In this document: piece by piece, positions 1-7,927 of the stretch | How the letters are laid out: every line of letters begins with the position of its first letter | Numbering within the stretch: position 1 is the stretch's first letter | Assembly: GCA_040752415.1 (NCBI GenBank) | Contig: JBFMGU010000132.1 | Coordinates: 1-29,171, forward strand | Length of the DNA: 29,171 nucleotides | Origin: Myxococcota bacterium | Lineage (GTDB): Bacteria; Myxococcota; JACRCW01 | Reading direction: 5' to 3' | Position numbers and translations under genes: made by a program | Notes under the pieces: model-generated | Told to the model about the DNA's origin: nothing | The model's input: only the letters and a program-made list of their open reading frames with translations | Database searches by the model: none

Positions 1-59
1 TCAACGGCCCTGGGAAGGAGCACCTGCTGTGTTCGGTCCGGCTCGATGACTCGGGGCAT
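1..59 (-). CDS. N-terminal fragment of a putative IS1182-family transposase (partial; not in the ORF track)
   Basis: ATG at 59 is preceded by GAGGGGG and reads MPRVIEPDRTQQVLLPRAV(D/E). This matches the 'DRxQxxLLPxxl(D/E)' pattern typical of IS1182 transposase N-termini. Only 19 codons are visible. Confidence 0.5.
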   Translation of the reverse strand, partial: MPRVIEPDRTQQVLLPRAV

Positions 60-113
60 GCCCCCTCATACGCAGGTACCCGCCACGACGTCACATCAAA
101 CTGAGACACCCTC
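1..113 (-). mobile_element. Probable left end of an IS1182-family insertion sequence (continues off the window)
   Basis: The minus strand from 113 reads GAGGGTGTCTCAGTTTGA, which resembles IS1182-type terminal IRs (GAGG-TGT start). A transposase-like ATG follows 54 nt further in. The second IR and the rest of the element are outside the window. Confidence 0.5.
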
Positions 114-183
114 TCCAGGGCGCCGCTGCTTCCGCTCACCCGCTTCGTGACGCGCTTGGCACTTCCCTCCCTGCCGATGATCC

Positions 184-258
184 GACAGACCTTCAGAAGT
201 CAGAAGGTGGTCCCGTGACGACGGAGGGTCAGAACCTTCTGACTTCTGACTTCCTGTC
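184..258. repeat. Long inverted repeat built from TCAGAAG/TTCTGAC heptamers; probable terminator or stabilising hairpin downstream of the metalloprotease gene
   Basis: Perfect 16-bp IR: TCAGAAGTCAGAAGGT (193-208) / ACCTTCTGACTTCTGA (234-249). Outer pair GACAG (184-188) / CTGTC (254-258). It lies about 20 nt past the stop at 278. Confidence 0.65.
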
Positions 259-277
259 CGGGAACTCCGCCCACCCA

Positions 278-1426
278 TCACATCTCGCGCCCCACGTCGC
301 CATCCAGCGTGGCGGTGTCCACCGAGATCTTGTTGCCAAAATCCATCAGCAACGCCGCGGCGCGCGAGAAGCGAGAGGCGCGGAGGGCCTGCGTGGCGCC
401 CAGCTCCTCGTCGGAGTTGCCGTAGCCGTGGAAGCGCTGCTGGGCCTGGGCGCAACCGCCCGGCACGCTCATCACGTTGAAGGCGTTGGTGCCTCCGCCC
501 ACGTCGGTGTCGTGGCCCAGCTGCAGCAGGTGGCCCAGCTCATGGGTGAAGGTGCCGGAGAGCGCTTCGTCCAGCGTGATGTCCGGCAGGTCGGGCTGGC
601 CGGCCACGCCGCAGGCGGGGTGCAGCGCGGAGAGCGCGTCGTGGTAGATGAGCACGCCGGTCTTCTCCACGTCGCCATTCCCGTCGGTGACCGCCTCCCC
701 GCCGCGCCCCTCGATGTCGGTGCGCCGCGTGGCCACCAGCACGTGCAGCAGCTTCCCGCGCGGGAACCCCGGCGCCGCCAGTGCGCCCGAGGTCGGACCG
801 TGGCCCGAGAGCACCGCGTGCCGCTGCTCGAAGGAGCCGTCGAAATCCTGCGGGGCGATGCCGCTCTCGTCGTGGAAGACGTGCAGGCCCACGCCAGGGT
901 GTCCCGCCACCGCCGACAACGGCAGCGCCGCAAACGCCTCCGCCGCGGCCGTGATTTGCAGCTCGCCCAGGCAGCGGTCCGCCATGCAGTCCAGCTCCAC
1001 CAGCAGATCCCGGCGCACCGGGCTGGGCGAGGAGCCCGCAGGGAGATGGTCCACCTGGCCCGCGCGCAGCTCCTCGCGGTTGGTCAGCCCGTCGCCATCC
1101 GGGTCCTCGTCGGCGTCGCTGGTGCCGTCTCCGTCGGTGTCGGCCCGGTCGGCGCGCAGGAGCGCGGGGGCGTTGGCGGCCAGCTCGAAGACATCCGGGA
1201 GCCCGTCCCCGTCGCTGTCCTGCTCCGGCGGGATCACCGTGCCGCCGTCGGTGCGGACGCTTGCGTCTCCGCCGGTGCCAGCGTCGGTGCGGAGCGTGGG
1301 GTCGTAGCCTCCGTCGATGACGTCATACGGCTCCAGCTCCTGGGAGCCCGGGCTCCACGTGGAATCCACGCAGCCCCCGACGAGAAACCCGGTCACCACC
1401 AGCACAACACGCGACGTCACCGCCAT
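278..1426 (-). CDS. Lipoprotein, putative metzincin-type zinc metalloprotease with N-terminal TSP3-like Ca-binding (DxDGDG) motifs
   Basis: Hydrophobic N-terminus with lipobox VGG-C. DSDGDGLPD, DTDGDG and DPDGDGLTNREE motifs. Zinc motif HELGHLLQLGH (nt 512-544) followed by Met-turn-like NVMS. Confidence 0.8.
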   Translation of the reverse strand: MAVTSRVVLVVTGFLVGGCVDSTWSPGSQELEPYDVIDGGYDPTLRTDAGTGGDASVRTDGGTVIPPEQDSDGDGLPDVFELAANAPALLRADRADTDGDGTSDADEDPDGDGLTNREELRAGQVDHLPAGSSPSPVRRDLLVELDCMADRCLGELQITAAAEAFAALPLSAVAGHPGVGLHVFHDESGIAPQDFDGSFEQRHAVLSGHGPTSGALAAPGFPRGKLLHVLVATRRTDIEGRGGEAVTDGNGDVEKTGVLIYHDALSALHPACGVAGQPDLPDITLDEALSGTFTHELGHLLQLGHDTDVGGGTNAFNVMSVPGGCAQAQQRFHGYGNSDEELGATQALRASRFSRAAALLMDFGNKISVDTATLDGDVGREM

Positions 1427-1727
1427 GGCCGATGATGAAAGGTCGCGGGTGTCATGTTGGTCAACCGGTCAACCCGGGGACGACACCGACCTACACCGAC
1501 GGAGCCACCTCCACGACGTCACCGGTCTGCTCACGGCGGAGGTCGCGGCGGGCACGTCGTGAGCGGCGCCTTCGAACACCACGACCGCGCCGCGACACCA
1601 AGGCCTTCCTGCGCCCGCGTTCCCCCGGTCGTCCGACGGTGAAACACAAGTTGCTCCGACGCCAGGGGCGAGTGAATACTCGGGCTTTCTTGCAGGGCCT
1701 TTCTCGTGGCGTGCGTGAGGCCGGATC

Positions 1728-4700
1728 ATGCGTGGACAGCTTGCGTGGTGTGTGTTGTGGGGTTCGCTCGTCGGAGCGACGGGGTGCAGCATCCTGGTGC
1801 CGGGGCGGACGCCGCCGGGGATCGTGGTCAGCCCGGAGTCGGGACTGGCGGTCAACGAGGCCGGCAAGACCAGCACCACCTTCACCGTGGCCCTGAAGAC
1901 GGAGCCGGGGGCGGAGGTGACCTTCAACCTGAGCACCAGCGACACCACCGAGGGCGTGGTCTCCCCGGCGGCGCTCAAGTTCACCGCGCAGGACTGGAAC
2001 ATCCCGCAGACCGTCACGGTGACCGCGCTGGATGACCAGGTTGACGACGGGGACGTGACCTTCCACGTGGTGGTGGGCGCCATGGCCAGCACCGACACGC
2101 TCTACAACGGCGTGGACGCCGACGACATCCCGGTCCTGAACATCGACGACGACGTGGCCAGCATCAACGTGGGCACGCCGGTCACCACCTCGCTGGCGGA
2201 GAACGGCGCCGCCACCACCTTCTCCGTGGTGCTCACCGCGCAGCCCACCGCCGACGTCACGCTGGCGCTCACCAGCAGCGACGACACCGCGCTCTCGGTC
2301 AATCCCGCGCTGGTGACCTTCACCGCGGGCAACTGGGCCCAGACCCGCACCGTGACGGTGACGGCGTTGGACAACCAGGTGGTGGACGGCGCGCGCACGC
2401 TGAACGTGGTGCTACCGCCCGCCACGTCGGAGGACCCGGCCTACAACGGGCGTGACGCCGACGATCTCTCCTTCTCCATCACCGACAACGAGGTGCCGTC
2501 CATCACCGTGACCGGCGGCGCGTTGACCACCACGGAAGCGGGGGGCACCGCCACGTTCACCGTGGTGTTGGGCGTGCGTCCCGCGGTGGACGTGAGCCTG
2601 GCGCTCTCCAGCAGTGATCCCACGGAAGGCCAGGTGGCGCCCGCCGCCCTGACCTTCACCACCGACACCTGGAACACGCCGCAGACGGTGACGGTGACCG
2701 GCGCGGATGACGCGGTGTCCGACGGAGCGCAGGGCTACCTCATCCGCGTGGGACCGGCGGTGGCGGCGGGCAATCCCTACGACGGGCTCACCGTCCCCGA
2801 CGTGGCGGTCACCAACACCGACGACGACGTGCCGGGCATCAACGTCACCGCCAACCCCGGCCTGACCACGACGGAAGCGGGCGGCACGGCCACCTTCACG
2901 GTGGTGCTGCAGAGCGAGCCCACCGCCAACGTCGTCATCCCACTCTCCAGCAGCAACCCCGCCGAGGGAACGCCAGCTCCCACCTCGCTGACCTTCACCC
3001 CCGCCAACTGGAACCAGGCGCAGACGGTGACGGTGACCGGCGTGAATGACTTTGGCGCCGACGGCGCGCAGGCCTACCAGGTGCGCGTGGAAGCGGCGCA
3101 ATCCGCCGACCCCGGTTACGACGGCATGGACCCCACCGACGTGGCGCTGATGAACACCGACGACGACACGCCGGGCATCATGGTGGCGCCCACCAGCGGC
3201 CTGGTGACGACGGAAGCGGGTGGGCCGGCGAGCTTCACCGTGGTGCTGCAGAGCCAGCCTGGTGCCGACGTGACCATCGCGCTCTCCAGCAGCGACCCTT
3301 CGGAAGCCACCGTGGCGCCGGGCTCGCTGACCTTCACGTCGGCGGACTGGAACGTGGCGCAGACCGTGACGGTGAGCGGCGTGGATGACTCCCTGGCCGA
3401 CGGGGCGCAGCCCTTCACCGTGCTCCTGGCCCCCGCGGTCAGCACCGACACCGGCTACGCGGGCATGGACCCCGTCGACGTCACCGGCAACACCAGCGAC
3501 AACGACACGCCCGGCTTCGTGGTGACCCCGACCAGCGGGCTGACGACGACCGAGGCCGGCGGCACCGCCACCTTCACCGTGCGCCTGCAGAGCCAGCCCA
3601 CCGCGGACGTCACCGTGCCGGTGAGCAGCAGCAACACCGCCGAGGCCACGGTCAGCCCGGCCAGTCTCACCTTCACGGGTGGCAACTGGGACACGCCGGT
3701 GACGGTGACGGTGACCGGGCAGGATGACCTCGTGGATGACGGCGAGGTGGCTTTCACCATCACGCTGGGCGCCGCCACCAGCGGAGATGCGGCCTACAAC
3801 AACCTGGACCCCTCCGACGTCACCGGCAGCAACACCGACGACGACGCCGCGGGCGTCTCGGTCACGCCGCTCACCGGGCTCACCGTCACGGAGGCGGGCA
3901 GCCAGGCCTCCTTCAGCGTGGTGCTGCTCAGCCAGCCCACCGCCGACGTCACCATCACGGTGGCAAGCTCCGACCCGACGGAAGGCACGGTGGGCACGGC
4001 CAGCCTCACGTTCACCGGCGGCAACTGGGATACGCCGCAGAACGTCACCATCACCGGCGCGAATGACGACGTGGACGACGGGACGGTGAGCTTCACGGTG
4101 GCGCTGGGCAACGCCACCAGCACCGACCCCGCCTACAGCGGCCGCGACGTGCCCGACCCGCAGGCGAGCACCACCGACGACGACACCGCCGGCATCACCG
4201 TCAATCCCACCAACGGGCTCACCACCACCGAGGCGGGCGGACAGGCCAGCTTCACCGTGGTGCTGCAGAGCGAGCCCGCCGCCAACGTGACCATCCCGCT
4301 GACGCCCTCCAGCGCCGAGGGGACGGTCAACCCGCCCAGCATCACCTTCACGCCTGGCAACTGGGACCAGGCGGTCACCGTCACCGTCACCGGCGCCAAT
4401 GACGACGTGGACGACGGGAATGTCAGCTACACCATCCAGACCGGCGCGGCGGTGAGCACGGACGGCGTGTACAGCGGGATGAACGCGGCGGACGTCACGC
4501 TCAGCAACACCGACGACGACACCGCCGGCATCGTGGTGAATCCCACCGCGGGGCTCACCACCTCGGAGGCGGGCGGGCAGGCCAGCTTCACCGTGGTGCT
4601 GCAGAGCGAGCCCACCGCCAACGTGGTGATCAGCGTGACCAGCAACGCCACCGACGAGGCCACGGTGGACCGCGCCACGCTCACCTTCACCGCCGGCAAC

Positions 4701-7700
4701 TGGGACCAGGCGCAGACGGTGACGCTGACCGGCGTCGACGACTTCGTGGCGGATGGCGCGCAGTCCTCCCTGGTGCTGCTGGGGGCCGCGTCCAGCGCGG
4801 ACGCCGTGTACAGCGGGAGGGACCCCACGGACGTCAGCTTCACCAACAATGACGACGACGTGGTGGGCGTGCTGGTGAGCCCCCTCAGCGGGCTCGCCAC
4901 CTCGGAGAACCTGACCGTGGCCAGCTTCACGGTGCGGCTGGGCAGCCAGCCCACCTCCGACGTCACCATCCCCGTCTCCTCCGCGGATCCCGACGAGGCC
5001 AGCGCCTCCACCGCCTCGCTGACCTTCACCACGGGGAACTGGAACGTGGCCCAGACGGTCGACGTCACCGGCGTGGATGACCCCATGGTGGACGGCCCGC
5101 AGCCCTTCACCATCACCCTGGGCCTCTCCGCCAGCAGCGACTCCGACTACAACAACGTGGATGTCGACGACGTCACCGGCACCAACGCCGACAACGACGT
5201 GGCCGCGGTGCGCGTCAGCCGTACCAGCGGGCTGGCCACCGACGAGAACCTGGCCACCGACACCTTCACCGTGGTGCTGGACACCCAGCCCAGCGCCGAC
5301 GTCACGGTGGGGCTGAGCGTGAACCCCGCCTCGGAAGCGGAGGTGCTGCCGCCCACCACGCTGACCTTCACCAACGGCAACTGGAACGTGGCGCAGACGG
5401 TGACGGTGCGCGGCGTGGATGACGCGGTCTCCGACGGCACGGTGGCCTTCACGGTGATCACGGGTGACGCCAGCAGCGCCGATCCCGACTACAACAACCT
5501 GGCCGTCCCCGACGTCACCGGCGCCAACGCCGACAACGACACCCCCGCGGTCAACCTGAGCCGCACCAGCGGCCTCATCACCACGGAAGCGGCCACCCAG
5601 GACACCTTCACCGTGGTGCTGGCCACGCAGCCCACCGCGGACGTCACCATCACGTTCACCTCCAGCGATGCCGGCGAGGCCAGCGTGACGGCGTCGGTCA
5701 CCTTCAACACCGGCAACTGGAACACGGCGCAGACGGTCACCGTGACCGGCGTGGATGACTTCATCGACGACAACAACCAGGGGTTCACCATCCAGACCGT
5801 GGCCAGCAGTGCCGACGCGGACTACAACAACATCCCCGTTGCCGACGTCACGGGCACCAACAACGACGACGACACCGCCTCCATCAGCGTGACGGCGGCG
5901 CCCGGTCTGACCACCAGCGAGCCCGACGGCACCGCGACCTTCCAGGTGGTGCTCACCTCCCAGCCGCTGTTCGACGTGGTGGTTTCCCTCGGCGTCACCG
6001 ACGCCAGCGAAGGCTCGGTGCCCAGCTCCATCACCTTCACCGACCTCAACTGGATGACCCCGCAGGACGTCACCATCACCTCGGTGGACGACGGCACGGT
6101 GGACGGCTCGCAGAGCTACCAGGTGCTGGTGGGCCCGGCGTCCAGCTCGGATTCCAGCTACCAGGGTCTCACCGGCCCCAGCGTGGATGTGACCAACCAG
6201 GACGATGACGTGGTGGGGATCCTGGTCAGTCCCACCACCGCCACCACGTCGGAGACGCCGGGCGCGAACCCCACGTTCCAGGTGGTGCTGACCAGCCAGC
6301 CGGCCGCCAACGTGACGGTGAGCTTTGCCAGCACGGACATCACCGAGGGCACGGTCACGCCCGCCTCCGTGGTGTTCACCACCGCCAACTGGAACAGTGT
6401 CCGCAACATCACCATCACCGGCCAGGATGACGACGAGGACGACGGCGACGTGGCGTACACCATCACCACCACCGCCAGCAGCCCGGGCGACCCCGCCTAC
6501 AACGCCATCAACCCCGCCGACGTCTCGGTGACCAACACCGACAACGACGTGTCCAGCGTCACCATCACGCCCACGGTGCTCACCACCGCGGAGGGCGGCG
6601 CGGCCACCTCGTTTGACGTGGTGCTCACCAGCGCCCCGCAGGTCGACGTGACCGTGCAGTTTGCCGGGGACAACACGGAGGGCACGCTCTCGGTGGCGTC
6701 GGTGACGTTCAACGCCGGGGACTGGAACATCCCGCAGACCGTCACGCTGACCCCGGTCAACGACGACATCGACGACGGCGACGTGACCTACTCCATCGCC
6801 ACCAGCGTCAACGCCCCGGGCGAGCCCACCTACAGCGGGCTCAACCCCGACGACATCAGCGTCACCAACAACGACGACGGGGACACCTTTGGCGTGGCCA
6901 TCCTGCCCGCCACCGCGCTCACCACCACGGAGGCGGGCGGCACGGACTCCTTCACCATCGCGCTCACCAGCGAGCCCACCGGCGACGTCACCATCCCGCT
7001 GTCCAGCGACAACACCGCGGAGGGGGTCCTGCAGGGCGGCGTCACAGACGTGACCTTCACCAGCGCCAACTGGGATACGCCCCAGACGGTGACCGTGGTG
7101 GGCGTGAATGACGACGTGGACGACGACAATGTGTCCTACAACATCCTGACCGGCGTCATCACCAGCACGGATTCCAACTACGGCGGCTTCAACCCCGCCA
7201 ACGTGGCGGTGTCCAACACCGACGACGACACGGCCGGCGTGCAGGTCACCCCCGCCTCCGGGCTCAGCACCTCGGAGCTGGGCGGGACCACCACGTTTGA
7301 AGTGGTGCTGCAGTCGGAGCCCACCGCGGACGTGGACATCAACGTGGCCAGCGACACCGCGACGGAGGGCACGGTGCCCGCCACGCCGCTGACCTTCACC
7401 GCGGGCAACTGGTTCACGCCGCAGACGGTCACCATCACCGGCGTGGATGACGGCGCCGCCGACGGAAACGTGGCCTACGTGATCACCACCACGGTGAGTA
7501 CCACCGACACGAAGTACGCCGCCGTCAATCCCGCCGACGTGAACGTCACCAACGTCGACGACGAGACCTACCAGATCGTGGTGAACCGCGCGTCCGGGCT
7601 GGTCACCACCGAGGCGGGCGGTCAGGCCACCTTCACCGTGGGCTTGACGCGCGCGCCCACTGTCGACGTCACCATGGCGCTCTCCAGCGACAACACCGCG

Positions 7701-7904
7701 GAGGGCACCGTGGACTCCGCGTTGCTGACGTTCACCAACGCCAACTGGATGACGCCGCAGACCGTCACCATCACCGGCCAGGATGACGCGCTCAACGACG
7801 GCGACGTGGCCTACACGGTCATCACCGGAGACGCCGCCGGGGATGCCAACTACGCGGGCATGGTGGTGGTCGACGTCTCGGTGACCAACGCCGACAACGA
7901 CTGA
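1728..7904 (+). CDS. Giant repetitive surface lipoprotein (2058 aa) of 18 Calx-beta/cadherin-like beta-sandwich repeats; putative adhesin
   Basis: Lipobox-like ATG-C at residue 20. I count 18 copies of the 'FTxx(N/D)WxxxQTVTVTGxDDxxxDG' motif at about 113-aa spacing, with acidic N/TDDD linkers. Strong GC3 codon bias. Confidence 0.88.
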   Translation: MRGQLAWCVLWGSLVGATGCSILVPGRTPPGIVVSPESGLAVNEAGKTSTTFTVALKTEPGAEVTFNLSTSDTTEGVVSPAALKFTAQDWNIPQTVTVTALDDQVDDGDVTFHVVVGAMASTDTLYNGVDADDIPVLNIDDDVASINVGTPVTTSLAENGAATTFSVVLTAQPTADVTLALTSSDDTALSVNPALVTFTAGNWAQTRTVTVTALDNQVVDGARTLNVVLPPATSEDPAYNGRDADDLSFSITDNEVPSITVTGGALTTTEAGGTATFTVVLGVRPAVDVSLALSSSDPTEGQVAPAALTFTTDTWNTPQTVTVTGADDAVSDGAQGYLIRVGPAVAAGNPYDGLTVPDVAVTNTDDDVPGINVTANPGLTTTEAGGTATFTVVLQSEPTANVVIPLSSSNPAEGTPAPTSLTFTPANWNQAQTVTVTGVNDFGADGAQAYQVRVEAAQSADPGYDGMDPTDVALMNTDDDTPGIMVAPTSGLVTTEAGGPASFTVVLQSQPGADVTIALSSSDPSEATVAPGSLTFTSADWNVAQTVTVSGVDDSLADGAQPFTVLLAPAVSTDTGYAGMDPVDVTGNTSDNDTPGFVVTPTSGLTTTEAGGTATFTVRLQSQPTADVTVPVSSSNTAEATVSPASLTFTGGNWDTPVTVTVTGQDDLVDDGEVAFTITLGAATSGDAAYNNLDPSDVTGSNTDDDAAGVSVTPLTGLTVTEAGSQASFSVVLLSQPTADVTITVASSDPTEGTVGTASLTFTGGNWDTPQNVTITGANDDVDDGTVSFTVALGNATSTDPAYSGRDVPDPQASTTDDDTAGITVNPTNGLTTTEAGGQASFTVVLQSEPAANVTIPLTPSSAEGTVNPPSITFTPGNWDQAVTVTVTGANDDVDDGNVSYTIQTGAAVSTDGVYSGMNAADVTLSNTDDDTAGIVVNPTAGLTTSEAGGQASFTVVLQSEPTANVVISVTSNATDEATVDRATLTFTAGNWDQAQTVTLTGVDDFVADGAQSSLVLLGAASSADAVYSGRDPTDVSFTNNDDDVVGVLVSPLSGLATSENLTVASFTVRLGSQPTSDVTIPVSSADPDEASASTASLTFTTGNWNVAQTVDVTGVDDPMVDGPQPFTITLGLSASSDSDYNNVDVDDVTGTNADNDVAAVRVSRTSGLATDENLATDTFTVVLDTQPSADVTVGLSVNPASEAEVLPPTTLTFTNGNWNVAQTVTVRGVDDAVSDGTVAFTVITGDASSADPDYNNLAVPDVTGANADNDTPAVNLSRTSGLITTEAATQDTFTVVLATQPTADVTITFTSSDAGEASVTASVTFNTGNWNTAQTVTVTGVDDFIDDNNQGFTIQTVASSADADYNNIPVADVTGTNNDDDTASISVTAAPGLTTSEPDGTATFQVVLTSQPLFDVVVSLGVTDASEGSVPSSITFTDLNWMTPQDVTITSVDDGTVDGSQSYQVLVGPASSSDSSYQGLTGPSVDVTNQDDDVVGILVSPTTATTSETPGANPTFQVVLTSQPAANVTVSFASTDITEGTVTPASVVFTTANWNSVRNITITGQDDDEDDGDVAYTITTTASSPGDPAYNAINPADVSVTNTDNDVSSVTITPTVLTTAEGGAATSFDVVLTSAPQVDVTVQFAGDNTEGTLSVASVTFNAGDWNIPQTVTLTPVNDDIDDGDVTYSIATSVNAPGEPTYSGLNPDDISVTNNDDGDTFGVAILPATALTTTEAGGTDSFTIALTSEPTGDVTIPLSSDNTAEGVLQGGVTDVTFTSANWDTPQTVTVVGVNDDVDDDNVSYNILTGVITSTDSNYGGFNPANVAVSNTDDDTAGVQVTPASGLSTSELGGTTTFEVVLQSEPTADVDINVASDTATEGTVPATPLTFTAGNWFTPQTVTITGVDDGAADGNVAYVITTTVSTTDTKYAAVNPADVNVTNVDDETYQIVVNRASGLVTTEAGGQATFTVGLTRAPTVDVTMALSSDNTAEGTVDSALLTFTNANWMTPQTVTITGQDDALNDGDVAYTVITGDAAGDANYAGMVVVDVSVTNADND
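1812..7901 (+). repeat. 18 tandem intragenic repeats of about 340 nt (diverged at DNA level)
   Basis: Recurring CAGCCCACCGCCGACGTCACC-like and AACTGG...CAGACGGTGACG-like blocks, once per repeat. Confidence 0.85.
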
Positions 7905-7927
7905 GGGATCGCGTGCGCACGCCCGGC

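Noticed and set aside
215..1435. 406-aa plus-strand ORF
   Set aside because: It overlaps the minus-strand lipoprotein, which has a lipobox and a zinc motif; this frame has no recognisable features.
2102..7438. Periodic ~100-aa minus-strand ORFs that resemble a cassette array
   Set aside because: They recur once per adhesin repeat because antisense stops arise from conserved Tyr codons; they are not independent genes.
7911..7922. 12-bp palindrome GCGTGCGCACGC between convergent stops
   Set aside because: It is too short and GC-rich, with no U-tract, to call a terminator.
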